Of a DNA stretch of 64,000 bases, positions 1 to 12,618 are shown piece by piece (the stretch's first letter is position 1; each line of letters opens with the position of its first letter). This DNA is from Felis catus (taxonomy: Eukaryota). A program made the position numbers and the translations under genes. The stretch spans positions 211,050,001 to 211,114,000 of the forward strand of contig NC_058368.1 in assembly GCF_018350175.1 (NCBI RefSeq), in the 5' to 3' direction. The notes under the pieces were generated by a model, which saw only the letters and a program-made list of their open reading frames with translations, was not told the origin of the DNA and ran no database searches.

Positions 1-2545
1 TCTCCCCTAAGAATCGAGTGATGTCCCTTATCCACTGTGTTGAAGAGAAGAACCTGGCCTCTGATGCGTTTCAAACCTCCTCATGGTCTCCCCACCCCCA
101 TGCCTCTTCTGGGGACCTCTGCTTCTTGCCTCAGAAAAGTTAAAATCACCCACCATTCTTCAATATTTTGCATTCAGGCAGTGCATCAGTAGTTTCTGTG
201 GAAGGTTCTGTTTTCCTCTAATTCATTCTGGACAAGACTGGCTGCTGCCTTTCCTGGTGAGCAGAAATGTTCATGTGATACTGTAGCTCTCTGCTTCTCT
301 CTTGCCTAAATGTTTTTCTACTTGTGTCTTCTTTGGTGGCATATTCTCTTTAGTTTCTCCACTTCTCTGGTTCTCCCCTTCTTTGGTTCCTGTGTGGAAC
401 CCAAACTGAGACCATCAGCCAGCACAAATACCTGCTCTTAAAGAACAAAGGTCCAGGTTTATCACTTTGTGCTCAGAGAGCAGGTGGGCAACAGGTTCAT
501 CCATGAGTCCACATTTACAATCTTGAAATTGGCCAAATTACAAATTAAAAGGCTTTAGTGTTGTAGTAACTCAGGTTACTAGGTTACGAGTTATTACGAC
601 ACTAACACTCTAGGTCTCCACCAAAATGCCTGAAGTCTTCTCTTTAGTATTTCACTGTTAATTATTCTCATGTGAAAACCTGAGTGTCTTAGATACGCCT
701 GAGAATGGTCTGGGTGATACAGTGCATTCCCTCCACAGCTCCAAAGGAGTGTGCTGTTGCATCATGCAGAAGTGAAGGAAGAGGTTGGACCCTGTTCTGC
801 GATTTCAGAACAAACCAGCTTTATTTAATAAGGAGAGAATGGTCTTCAATTGTTTCAAATCCAGGGAGTTGTAAAAGAAAAAACCATAGCCTTCAAGGAA
901 ACCTGGAAGAGGGAAATTTAGGATGTGTCAGTTATGCTAAGCCCTTGTCTCCCTTTCTTTGAAGTTCAAGTTCTTTCATGTCGACAGATGCTTTTTTGTG
1001 ATATTGCTGAGCTTTCGGCCCTGGTTACATTAAACAATACAGATGCTTTGTTTATGTACAGTGTCTTTCATCAGGGCTCTTTCTGAGGCTTTAAATACAT
1101 ACTCATTAATCCTCACAGCATTGTAGGCATGTCATTCATTGTAGGCATGTACTTACTTCTTTATTCCTCAGACAGGAATTTAACAGTGTAGTTTAAGTGT
1201 TGATGTTCAGTATCAGGCAAGCCAAGTCCTAGTTTCCTGACCATTTTCTGGCATAACCAATTTTTCTGTTTGGTTTTTTTTTCCTCTTTGCCTTTAGATG
1301 TCCTCAAGGCATTTCACCACATGCTTTTACTTTCAATTTAGTATGTATCTTTCTGAATACTTATTTCACCAACCTGAATTATATAGCTTTGCCACATTTG
1401 TAGTGCTTCCATTATTTCAAAGCCATTTTCCCAAAATGAATTTCTGGACTGCAGTTTGGACAAAAGTCCTAAGGGAATCATTGTAAATTTCACCTGAAAT
1501 TTGTCTGAAAATCTTATTGAATGTAGATGGCTGCCCTTTCTTATAGTTAACATTTTCCAATGTGCTTCTAATGGACCCATTTTTTCTTTTCAATAGTTTT
1601 GGGCATTCTCAAAGAGTACACAGGCTGTAGAGAAATAAAGGCACATAATTCTATTTACTATTCGGTATGAAATTGCTTGGTTTTATAGTTTGTGAGCGCG
1701 GTTCCCTTCCTGCACATTATTAAACACAGAGAGTCACCACCATATACAAACATATCTGCCATTAGCTTTTTTTCTGGAGCAACCTGATGTCTAGTTTAAA
1801 AATGAAAAGTCTAGAGTTCTGTGTGAACTAAAGGATGGCCAACATGAGAAGGAATTCTACAGAAAACAGATCCACAGTTCTGTATGGATTGGAAGGGGAA
1901 ACAATCCTACCTTCTCTCCTCAGTTTGAAACTTGTTACCTAAATGTAACTGATGTGATTATGCACAAAGAAAAGTGGCTCTTTTTAAAGTACCTTGCATC
2001 CAAATGATGTGACTCTTTCCACAACTGCCTGCACCTCTGTGGAACACAGGAACAAATTTGGTGGAGAAATGGGTCAACACTTTCTGTGTGCCCTTGAGCC
2101 AACCATGATGGAGCCAGGACTCTGGGGTGGATACCCCGCCTGGGTATCTGGACGGTCTCCAAAGTAGCTCCCCCTATACTACATTGCGGAAGGCCCTAGG
2201 GGGAATCATAATCAGACATCTCTGCAGAGGAGAAGAGGCCCAAGAGAAGAACATTAATAGCTCAGGGATTGTCTGCTGATGAGCAGAATGGACCAGTATC
2301 CCACTAAATTCTCACCTTAGCCTCACATGCTTCTTGTGGCCTCCCTCCCTCTCCTAGCTATAATAAACATTGTTGTGCTGATGACCCCAATTCTGCGTCT
2401 CCTACCACTGGCCTCTCTACCAGTCATTTTGACTCTGACTTCTCACTGAATTGAATTCACAATCTCTCCTACACCTGCTCCTCCTTCTGGGGTCTGTATC
2501 TCAGGTATCATCATACCGTCATAGTTGTCAGAACCAGAAATTCTA

Positions 2546-2767
2546 GGGGCTCCTGGGTGGCTCAGTCGGTTAAGCATCCAACTCCGGCTCAGGTCATGAT
2601 CTCACGGTCCGTGAGTTCGAGTCCCAAGTCGGGCTCTGTGCTGACAGCTCAGAGCCTGGAACCTGCTTCAGATTCTGTGTCTCCCTCTCTCTCTGACCCT
2701 CCCCCATTCATGCTCTGTCTCTCTCTGTCTCAAAAATAAATAAACATTAAAAAAAATAAAAAAAAAA
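2546..2767 (+). mobile_element. Can-SINE (SINEC_Fc2-like)
   Basis: GGGGCTCCTGGGTGGCTCAGTCGGTTAAG head, (CT)n region, A-tail; TSD AGAACCAGAAATTCTA on both sides. Confidence 0.95.
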
Positions 2768-2847
2768 GAACCAGAAATTCTATAGTGAGCTTTACCTCTC
2801 CCTCTCTCCCTCTCCCTCTTTCTCATCAACTCACCACACCCAGGCAC

Positions 2848-2882
2848 TCACACACACACAAACACACACATGCACCTATGCT

Positions 2883-2915
<33 letters not shown>
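2848..2915. repeat. Interrupted (CA)n microsatellite
   Basis: Runs of cacaca seen directly. Confidence 0.9.
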
Positions 2916-2917
<2 letters not shown>

Positions 2918-3847
2918 TAACTTCTCCACAGCCACCTACTGACTACCTTTCAAATATCTCTGAAGTCAAATCCTATGCTTCATCCCAACTGCCACCACAC
3001 AGTTCAAGTCCTATCATCGCTAACTTGGATGGCTGTTCTTAGTCTTTTGGTCTCTATCCCTGCCCTTCCCCGGCCACCCCTCCAGATGGGCCTTTCAATT
3101 GTATCTAGGTTTTTATAATTCCTCAAAGATTGTCTTCTTTCCTTCCCTTACAGCTGGGCCTTCCCATGAGCTGTACCCTCCCTGGCTGGCACCTGCGACT
3201 GATCCCAGAGATCTTGACTTTGATGTCCCTGCCCTGACTCCCAGTCTGAGGACGGTTACCCTCCTTTGTGGTCCCTGGGAGGTACTGGAATGTCTCGCTT
3301 GCTGGTTTATACTTCCAGCAGAATGCAACCTCCAACAGCCCTGGGATCCAGCTTACCTTGGTCACCATTGCCTTGCTGCCAGGAGCACAAGGTTGGGAAA
3401 CAGGTGGTGTTGGCAAATATTTTTGTGCTCGGAGAGGAAGGGAAGAAGGAGAGTAGGGGAAGGAGGAAGTTAGAGCACAATCACTCTGCTTTGCAAATGT
3501 GTAAATAAGTATGTAAATGTGAATAAATGTGTAAGTAAATAAGTGTCTTGTTCTTGTGATAGAAGAAGAACAGGGAGGAAAAAAAGAGAGAAAAAAATAA
3601 ATAGTTTAAAGTCCTGTTTAGTTGGTTTCTGGTGAATCAAGTTTTAAACTATAGATTCATGCTGAAAGTCTGAAGAATACTTTTAATACATAAGAGGAGA
3701 CTGATGTTTAATAGGATAATATAGTGGAGTCTCTTGTAAAGTATATAACATCTATTTAAATTTTCTAAAAATCTAGACTTCATAAATAACATCTGTTTTA
3801 AGTGAGGTGTACCAGAAAACTACCTGACTACTAAAGTGGTAAGCTCC

Positions 3848-3875
3848 TCTAAGAGTTTTCCGGAAAACTCTTAGA
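3848..3875. repeat. Perfect 28-bp palindrome
   Basis: TCTAAGAGTTTTCC|GGAAAACTCTTAGA is self-complementary with no spacer. Confidence 0.95.
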
Positions 3876-6669
3876 TTCATCACCTTAATAGAAAAAAATT
3901 ATACAACAGGGAGAAAATGGGATCTATGTGTAAGCCTAATTAAAAAAAAACAGATCAGATTTTGATAAGAGTATGATCTTTCCTATTTCCCATTTTAAAT
4001 CCATTTCAGTGACCATACATTTATGGGTCAATTAAGATGCTTCCAAATATAAATGCACAGATGTCTTAATGGCCAAAATATTTTGGCTGCTGGATACAAA
4101 TGCTACCTTCTAAGTTCCAGCCACATTAAGCCTGGAAGACAAAAACAATTTTGATGGAATATTTTTACATTCATTGTTCAAAGTCAAAGTACAATTTCAG
4201 AAGCTCAGACATCAATTTGTCCACTGTCTTTTCTTCTGTCCAGGTTATTCCTAATTTCTATGATCATTTGAACAGCTTCTCTCTTGTAGAGAAAAATAAA
4301 GGGAGCACAGAGATCAAGAGATATAGGGCTCATGTGCATGCTTCTAGATATCTATTCCCTACTTTGGAGAAAGACGGATTTCCTGGGTTGTGGATTTAGG
4401 GCAAAATTAGCAGTTGAGATATTATTTCTGTAGTGCAAAGATGTAATGAAGCCCTTAACAATGCTGTGATCTAAAAGAGTAATTCCATTCTGGCCTGAGA
4501 GTTGGAGAAAGACTTAATTAGCTTTTCCTGTTGCTAATGCCAAGAGATCTATTGCCCAGACAGCAAGAAGCCAAGAGCCATGAGGTCTGCTGAATCTCAC
4601 AGTTTCCTATTTGGATAGGAAAAGAGATTTATAAAGGCACAGTGTGCAAGCTACTGGGGAAAAAGGCCAGGCATGACGGACTGTGGTCATCAATCTTTGG
4701 ACAGTCAGAATCAAAACTACATTTGTGCCAGAAAGTAATTATCCCTTTTAATTGGAATTTTTCCCTTCTTGATATACAGAGCATTAGAATTAGGTATTCT
4801 TCTAGTATTAAATAGGTAAGGTCATGGTAGGACCCAGTAGAACTGGGTAGGCAATCCAGTTTATTTCCTCCTACTGCCAAGCCCCAAATTTTCATTATGA
4901 AATTTTCAGGATGAAACTTTAATACTTGCCTCATTTCCCAGAGATTTAATGAGATTTATAAGTACTTTTCTTCCCTACTCATGTCTACTTGTTATGTCCT
5001 TTATTAGTTAATACACATCCGGGAACTATTACCCAGAGCTGCTTTACAGTTAATGAATTTTTGAAATAATTCTATCTTCTGCTGAAGAACAAATATAACC
5101 AAAATTAAAATGATAGTTCGTGCCTTTGTTTTCAAGATCTATGGCTCTGGACATAATTTTTGAATTCACATCTTTATAATTTTATTTCCCTTATCAGCAT
5201 TCAATCTGCCTTAAAAAAATTCTCTAATTTTTTATACTTTTCACTCCTAAAATTCTAAGGCACTTTAGCTGTATTATTTTTAATATTTTTATGACAGAGA
5301 GTCAAGACAGTGTCTAATCTTTGCATCACGAGCACCTAGAGCTGAAAATAGCTTGTAGTCAGAATTCAATAGAAGTTTCAAAACAAATGCTTGATTGAAA
5401 GAATATATTATATTACATTATATTGTTTACATATCTTTCTTTCCTTGATTCATATTTGGGTCCCCCACAGCTCATGGCAAACTGTAAGCTCAATAAATAA
5501 TGATCAATGACAAAATAGGTAGTGATGTGGGCAAAGAAGCAAAAGTTGGCCCAAGTTCAAGGAACTTTGTCACTCTTTCAACTTTTTTTCTATCACTCTG
5601 CTAAGAAAGTGATAATTCCTCTTTGTCCCTTTTTAAATTCCTAAGACCCTTATGCAAGAGGGAGAAGTGAGCCTCACAAGCAGCAAAATTAATAGTTGAC
5701 TTTAAGAGAAAGTCAGAGCTTGGCAACAGGAGAATAAAGGTCCTAAGCATGGTTTGGTCCCACCATGAGACCACGTATTTCCATGGGAGCTCTGAGAGAG
5801 AAGCGCACGTATTTCCATGGGAGCCAAAACTTGCTAACAATAAAAGTATGACTTTCGTACTTTTTCTAAAATGGTCATAACTTAACTCATTATGTCTGCT
5901 CTTTTGAAGGAAAGGTGTTTAAAATCCCTAAGGGTGTCTCTGTACAACACTAGGAAAACTTTTCTTGTTTCTTCCTGTTCATGAAAGCATCCAATGTCAT
6001 CACAGATGCTCCCTTTCTTACCTTGCACTGGCATTTGCAGCAAAGAAAGAAAACTTCTCTCCCACCCACTTGCCAACTTTCTATTCCTCCCTGGGGTGTG
6101 ACTGGAAAGAGTAGGGGAGGAAAAGAAGAGTAGAAAAGAATCTCAGCGTTACATGTGATTTGGAGCCCATTTGAGTATCTGTGCATCACAAAGTCTCAAA
6201 CTCCTTTATTAGGTTGTTCCTAGGAACTGAATTTCATCATCTATGGCCAAACATGTGCATATGTTGAGGGAAGGAAAGTGAAAAGCAAGTGTTTTATTAA
6301 GTGTTAGTCAATATATTTTAAAGGCCAGGAAGACTTTTAAATAAGAATCTCACCAGGAAATAAAAGATAAATGTGTCCTTTTGAACTTTCAAAAACCTCA
6401 ATAAAAACTGAACAGAAACTTAGTCAACTTTGTCACTAATGATTTCTCACTGTCAAGTTTTCCATCATTGATGTGACCAAATTAAAGTTTTTCTAAATGC
6501 GTAGGTCAGAGGATCACTTTGTTTTCACATATGACTTGAATCCAGGAAGTATAGAATGATTAACTAGCATGCATCCATGGAACTTACCAGCAATATTTGC
6601 TACACTTCATTATGATTTCTTAGCTCTTAAAAATGGTAAAAACAAAAAACAAAACAAACAAAAAGCCAT

Positions 6670-6880
6670 GAAGCACCTGGATCACTCAGTTGGTTAAGGG
6701 TCCAACTCCTGGTTTTGGCTCAGGTTATGATCTCACAGTTGGTGAGTTCAAGCCCCACTTTGGGCTCTGTGCTGGCATCATGGAGCCTACTTGGGATTCT
6801 CTCTCTCTCTCCCTTTCTCTGCCCTTTTCCTGCTCACTCTCTTTTTCAAAATAAATAAATAATAAATGACTTTTTAAAAA
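6670..6880 (+). mobile_element. Older Can-SINE
   Basis: Diverged head GCACCTGGATCACTCAGTTGGTTAAG, CT tract, AATAAA tail. Confidence 0.9.
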
Positions 6881-7599
6881 GGGATAAAAATCCTAAGTAA
6901 GTGATTTGAGGAAAGGATAGTCACATAACCTTAGGCAAGCCCAGTGCCCCTATACTCTGAAAGGAGGAAGAGAAAACCAAAGACTTGTTAACATAAGCCT
7001 GCAGTGGACTTTGTTAAGAACATAAGAAACTTCCATATGACTCTTCAGCAAAAAAGACAAGTTCTTTCCCTTGATGCAGTTCCCCAGATTTATTCCATCT
7101 ATGGAGCTGCTCCCTGGCCCACCACAGGGTAGGACCAAAGAAAAGAGGGCATGTGGAGTCATGAACACATGTTCATCAGGTTCTAAACCCTCCTGGGTCA
7201 CCTTGGGAATTGCTATGGCTCCATCATATTAATAGTGAAGATTACAAACTTGTGTCTTACTTGACATTTTATCTAGCTCCATTAGGTCATATATGCACTA
7301 ACATGTATTGAACGAATTAGTGATTATGATACCCACAATAAGAATTGTTTCCACTTATTGAGGACTTACTAAATGCTGAAGACAGTGCCAAACCTTTATG
7401 TGAATTCCCTTATGTAACCTCTGTATATTCCATGGGGCCACAGTCTCCTGGAGTCAATTTTCTTTTCATTATAGCCTTTCTGGAAAGTGATGGTCCAGAC
7501 TGCTTTATGGTAGAAATAAGTGAATTAAAATTTAATATTGGGAAGTTTCTTCATGGAAAATATTCTTTTAATAATCATGAAGAACAAAGGCTATAAAAG

Positions 7600-7750
7600 T
7601 AAAAATAGGGTGAAGGGACTTTTGAGGACTTTTAGTCCAGCGCCCTAATTTTACAAAGGAGGAAAATGAGGTGTAGATTAAATTAGACCTGATGTCACAG
7701 TTAGCTGGTGACAGAGATGGTAGTAAGCCCCCCAGATGGGCAGGTCCCAG
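7600..7750 (-). mobile_element. MIR fragment
   Basis: ATTTTACAAAGGAGGAAAATGAGG...GATGTCACAGTTAG resembles the MIR core. Confidence 0.6.
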
Positions 7751-8818
7751 TAGGCTCATTTGTTATATTCTTTTACTATTCTCTTCAAGATTATTAGTGG
7801 TAATAAGTAGTGATTATTAAAGCCAGAGGAGTCTCAGAACCTCAGTTTATTGCATCAACCCATGTCTCCAGGATACATGCAGTGACATAAACAGTCACAA
7901 ATGCCGATGTATTGCTTAGTGAGGATTCTCAAGAAGATAACTGTGACCCAGATCAGTGGGTGAGAGAGGAATGAGGTAACAACTAGACTACACCTCAAAT
8001 TTCCCACAAACTCTTATATGTGCTACTGATTTAAAAACACTTTTAAACCATGAGTCCCCATGAGAAGTTGTCCTTACAGGTGACCTTCCTTTCATCCATT
8101 AGTTGGATCTCCCCAGAAAAAGTTTTGAGAACCTGGCTTGTGTCCCTAGGGCATATTGCCTCTCTGGCCAAATCACTGTGTGGGAAGGAAGGAGTCATAA
8201 GTGGAGCCTGAGGTCAGAAGTCAGAATGAGCTAGCCCTACAGAAGCACCATGGGCAATGCCCTCCAAAGAGGCCAACCTCCTGTTTCTCCATCTACGAAT
8301 AACCAACCCAGGATGTCCTGCTGTCCTAGTGTTACAAGATTGGTTATTTCATGCCTGCCTCATCATATTACCGTAGCGCTACCTAAGTTTGGTTATCTGG
8401 GCATAGGAATCTTTAGCCAACTCACAACAGAACTGGAAGGTGACAATCCATTTTTGGAGAAAGAGAAAGTCCACAGAGCATTCTTACAAATGCAGTAAGG
8501 CTGGTCATCAAGTCATGTTCTAAAACAAGTTTTGAGTGTTTCCCTCTACCTCAGAAAGAACTATATTGTTACCTTCCCGGTTTAATGATTATCTATCCTG
8601 GTTTTGTTTGTTTGCTATATTTTTAAGGTTTTAAAGACCAACTTACTAATTTCCGTAAGATTTATCTCATACACAGTCAAGAATTTTACTCCATACCCAA
8701 CCCCAAGGCAGCTTAAGCTTGAAAGTATGCCTTTGAAACCATATCATTCAACTCCACACTGCCTTTGTGTAGGTAAAACGTTAAGAGAACATCAAGTTAT
8801 TTCTTAATCGATGGTTGA

Positions 8819-9032
8819 TTTTTTTTCCAACGTTTTTATTTATTTTTGGGACAGAGAGAGACAGAGCATGAACGCGGGAGGGGCAGAGAGAGAGGCAGAC
8901 ACAGAATCGGAAACAGGCTCCAGGCTCCGAGCCATCCGCCCAGAGCCTGACGCGGGGCTCGAACTAACGGACCGCGAGATCGTGACCTCGCTGAAGTCGA
9001 ACGCTTAACCGACTGCGCCACCCAGGCGCCCC
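8819..9032 (-). mobile_element. Young SINEC_Fc
   Basis: Near-consensus and CpG-rich; TSD ATGGTTGATTTTTTT. Confidence 0.97.
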
Positions 9033-10738
9033 AATGGTTGATTTTTTTAACAAGATGAACTTTAGTAAGGACCAAATAGCCATGCAACACTTCCCAGGGA
9101 GGAAATCCGAAGACACAGTTGTTGTCTTTGGCTCTGGTGGAGAAGCCTTAATTTCAGAAGTATCCACAGTTCTGATCTCTATATTTCTTTATTTTAACAA
9201 TAAGGGTTCATAATTAGTTCATTCAGCCTGTGCATACAGTGTGTCCAACAAGATTCCTTCCACAATAGCATAGAGGATCCAGTCTTGATTTTAGCTGGTC
9301 AGATTTTTTCCTATAGGTCAAGTAATGTCAATGTCAACTTTCCCCATTTATTGCTGCCTACAGGAGGTATGGATTTAAAAAAAAAAATTCAAGACTACCC
9401 AACAGAAAATCCCCTGTAAGCTCTTCATCAGGCAGTTGTGTTTAGCACCTTGTTTTCTCTCTCAAGAGGAGTGATTCACACCCATGTGGCCAAAGGTTTT
9501 CCTGGAGTCAGACTCATGATTAGCTTCTAAGCTCTTAGTGCACATTTGTGAAGGCAGAGTTCTGCCAGCTGAAATATTTCACTACAACAATTTGTTCTTA
9601 AGTCATATTAAGTATGTATAGAAAATCAAAATAAGAGTCATTGGGCCATTTGGCAGTCAATTACAAGAATGTTTACATAGAGGGTTGTGGTGCGGTCCCA
9701 CAAAGCTTTCACAAAGGTCCTTCTTCCTTGTAATATTGACTATACTGTATGATAATTCTGAATTCATAAAGGACTACTTTCAGTATCAAACAAAGTTCAA
9801 GTTGGAGTAACAATATAACAACCAGATATGAGATTAGCAACTGAGCTGAAGAAGGAGCAGGAAACCCATTATCAGTTTGAAGCCATTACTTGTTTTGCTG
9901 TTGTAATCAGTTAAATGTTCAAGTCTTAAAATCCCAGCTTAAGACAAAAAAGTCTAATTCTTTCAAGTCCTTCAAAACAACTATCAGTTTTGTTTAAGGG
10001 AACAAAAGCAAAATACTTACTTCAGTAGAGAGAATTAGCCTTCCCTATTGATTCTATAATTTTTATTTGCTTCTTCAATCAGTGAATATTTATTGAAAAT
10101 GCAGCATAGGCCTAGTACTGGACTGGGCCCAGTGAAGAAGAACCCTAAAAAATCTGCCAAAAGGAAAGTTGAAAGAAACAGCTATGAACATTAGATAGGA
10201 ATGTTCCAAACTGTAAAACAAGTTCACCTTTTTATGTTCACCTCTCTGCACACTGCCTGGATCCTCAAAGATTGATGTCCAATAAATTGTCACTGATAGG
10301 CTAAAAACTAAAAGCAAAGGGAGAAGAAACACTGTGTGTTCCTTGATATGGGAAGACTTGCCACAGAAAATTTGAAAGAATGGTTGAATGGGTTTTATTC
10401 TGACCCTGAAGATGCTGAAGCACAGAGCATTCAAACTGGGAGGAATAGTGAGGACAAAAGCACGATGTCCACACCTGACAACGATCCAGGTGTGTATAGG
10501 GCTGGAGTGGGCAGGCCTGGCCGGAGAGGATGACAAGGTCCAGAAATACGAGGATCACAGATTTGCCGAACAGAACGATAAGGGATGTTTTTATTTGTCC
10601 TTTTATACTTTAAAGTCCCTTATATTTTTCTGATCAGAAATGTATCAACTAAATCAACCAAATCAATGAAAGCGTTGGTTTAGGAAGCTGGATTTGGATG
10701 GAACATATAAGCGGCTTACAGCAAGTAGAGAAAAAAGA

Positions 10739-11258
10739 TGTCATGGTTTTACGATACATTCATAAAAATGTTTGACACTCCTTTCTTCACGAAGTGAAGC
10801 CTAATTCTCTCCCCTTGAATTTGGTCTGAATTAAGTGGCTCGCTGCTAACAACTGGAATATGGCAGAAAGAACAGTGTGTGACTTCTGAGGTGAGGTTAT
10901 CAAAATTGTAGTTTCTGCCTGACAGTCTCTCTTGGACCCCTCGCCTTGGGGAAATCAGCCCCTATGTTGGGGACACTCAAGCTGCCCACTGGAAGGGCCT
11001 ATCCAGGGAGGAAAATGATCCCTTTTACCAAGAGTTAGCATCCACCTGCCAACCACATGCATGAGCCACGGTGGAAAAACATCCTCCAGGTCATCCAGCC
11101 TTCCGATGACTGCATCCCTGGGGATCTCCTGATTGCAGCTTTATGAGTCAGATCCTGAGCCAGACCCCTCAGTTAACTTAGTCTGAATTTCTGAGACAGA
11201 AAAACTGCAAAGAGAAGCTCAGGAATGACTTGTTACACAGAATTATAAAATCAGTGCA
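10739..11258 (+). mobile_element. ERVL-MaLR solo LTR (MLT1F-like)
   Basis: TG...CA ends; GAAGCCTAATTCTCTCCCCTTGA and GGAATATGGCAGAAAGAACAGTGTGTGACTTCTGAG match the recalled MLT1F consensus. Confidence 0.8.
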
Positions 11259-11641
11259 GACGGAAAGGGTAGCCTTAAAAAAAAAAAAAGTTGTCATAAC
11301 CTAGGACTTGGAATGTGGCCCTGGCCATGAGAATGCTAAGGAATGAATAAACCCGATAGATTATAAGGGCCAAGACTTAGTGGTTTACTGACAAAAGGAG
11401 TTGAGGGAAACAAATAAACCAAGATGACGCCAGAAAAGTATGAGGACAGTAGTACCCATGAAGGAAATACAGTAGGGAGTGGATGGGAGACATGGCTTCA
11501 GGGAAAATCATCTCTTAATCTTGTAATTGTAAACAGCCAGATCAAATAAGAAGCTATAATGAGAATGATAAAATGTTGAATTTAGAAGATTGCATCGAGA
11601 TTGGTTACTTAACAACTATCTCCTTTTACAGATAAAGCCAA

Positions 11642-11810
11642 GGCAGTCACACAGAACCCTGTGTTTAGAAGGGCTGAATGTTTGTTGGTTTAATGCTCTT
11701 CTCTTGCCCTCTTGAAATTCTCAATAATTTTTGAATATCTCAAAATTTTGAACATTTTGAACATTGTGTAGTCACTTCTCACGAGGCCAGCAAACAAAGT
11801 AGCTAGTGTC
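11642..11810 (+). mobile_element. MER91-like hAT (Tip100) element
   Basis: TGGTTTAATGCTCTTCTCTTGCCCTCTTGAAATTCTCAATAATTTTTGAA resembles MER91A. Confidence 0.65.
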
Positions 11811-12287
11811 GTGTCCACTCCAGCCTCTCCCTGGTAATTCTGAAAGACTTAAATGGTGAGTGTGGGGTAACCTGTATGTCACATGATCCAGAGTTCTGGG
11901 TAGCCATTTTCTAGGTGGTGAATCACTGTGATGGCAATTGGTCTGAGACCCAGATCTCCTTTAAATTGCTAACAGTGACATCCCCGATTTTCAAATGAGG
12001 GTTCTACTTCAGAGGAGAGGTGAGGTCCCCTTGAGGAGACTCTGTCACATTGATGAAGGCTGAATCTACTGCTTGTAATATCGCATGATATCGTATGGTA
12101 TGTCTTGAACAAATAGTGAAAAAAAATGACACATTCTTCTCCTCAATGAGTGCTAGATCATGATAACTAAGCCACATATTTTGCCAGAACTAATATCTTT
12201 GAGCAAGAAAAAACTATTATTCAAAAAAAAGAAAGCCTTTTATTACAGCAAAGGATGTGAAGAGTAGAAATACAGACACTTACTCTT

Positions 12288-12618
12288 TTTTTTAATATGA
12301 AATTTATTGTCAAATTGGTTTCCATACAACACCCAGTGCTCATCCCAACAGGTGCCCTCCTCAATGCGCATCACCCACCCTCCCTCTTACCCCCCCTCCA
12401 CCAACCCTCAGTTTATTCTCAGTTGTTAAGAGTCCCTTATGGTTTGGCTCCCTCCCTCTCTAACTTTTTTTTCCCCTCCCTTCCCCCATGGTCTTCTGTT
12501 AAGTTTCTCAGGATCCACATAAGAGTGAAAACATATGGTATCTGTCTTATGAAATGTGGCCTTTTGTAGCAACGTGGATAGAACTGGAGAGTGTTATGCT
12601 AAGTGAAATAAGTCATAC
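12288..12618 (-). mobile_element. Short felid L1 3' end with 5' inversion (twin priming)
   Basis: Poly-T then antisense L1 3'UTR to 12547, followed by a sense-oriented L1 segment 12548-12618; flanking 18-bp repeat ATAC(A/G)GACACTTA(C/T)TCTT. Confidence 0.88.

Noticed and set aside
1119..1150. CATTGTAGGCATGT duplicated (similar case at 22784-22817)
   Set aside because: Ordinary short slippage duplications
1298..1340. Strong plus-strand acceptor at 1297 with GTATGT at 1341
   Set aside because: Isolated 43-nt candidate with no recognisable peptide; such sites are common by chance
10090..10633. Cluster of overlapping ORFs (up to 148 aa)
   Set aside because: No recognisable protein or splice structure; sequence resembles decayed L2
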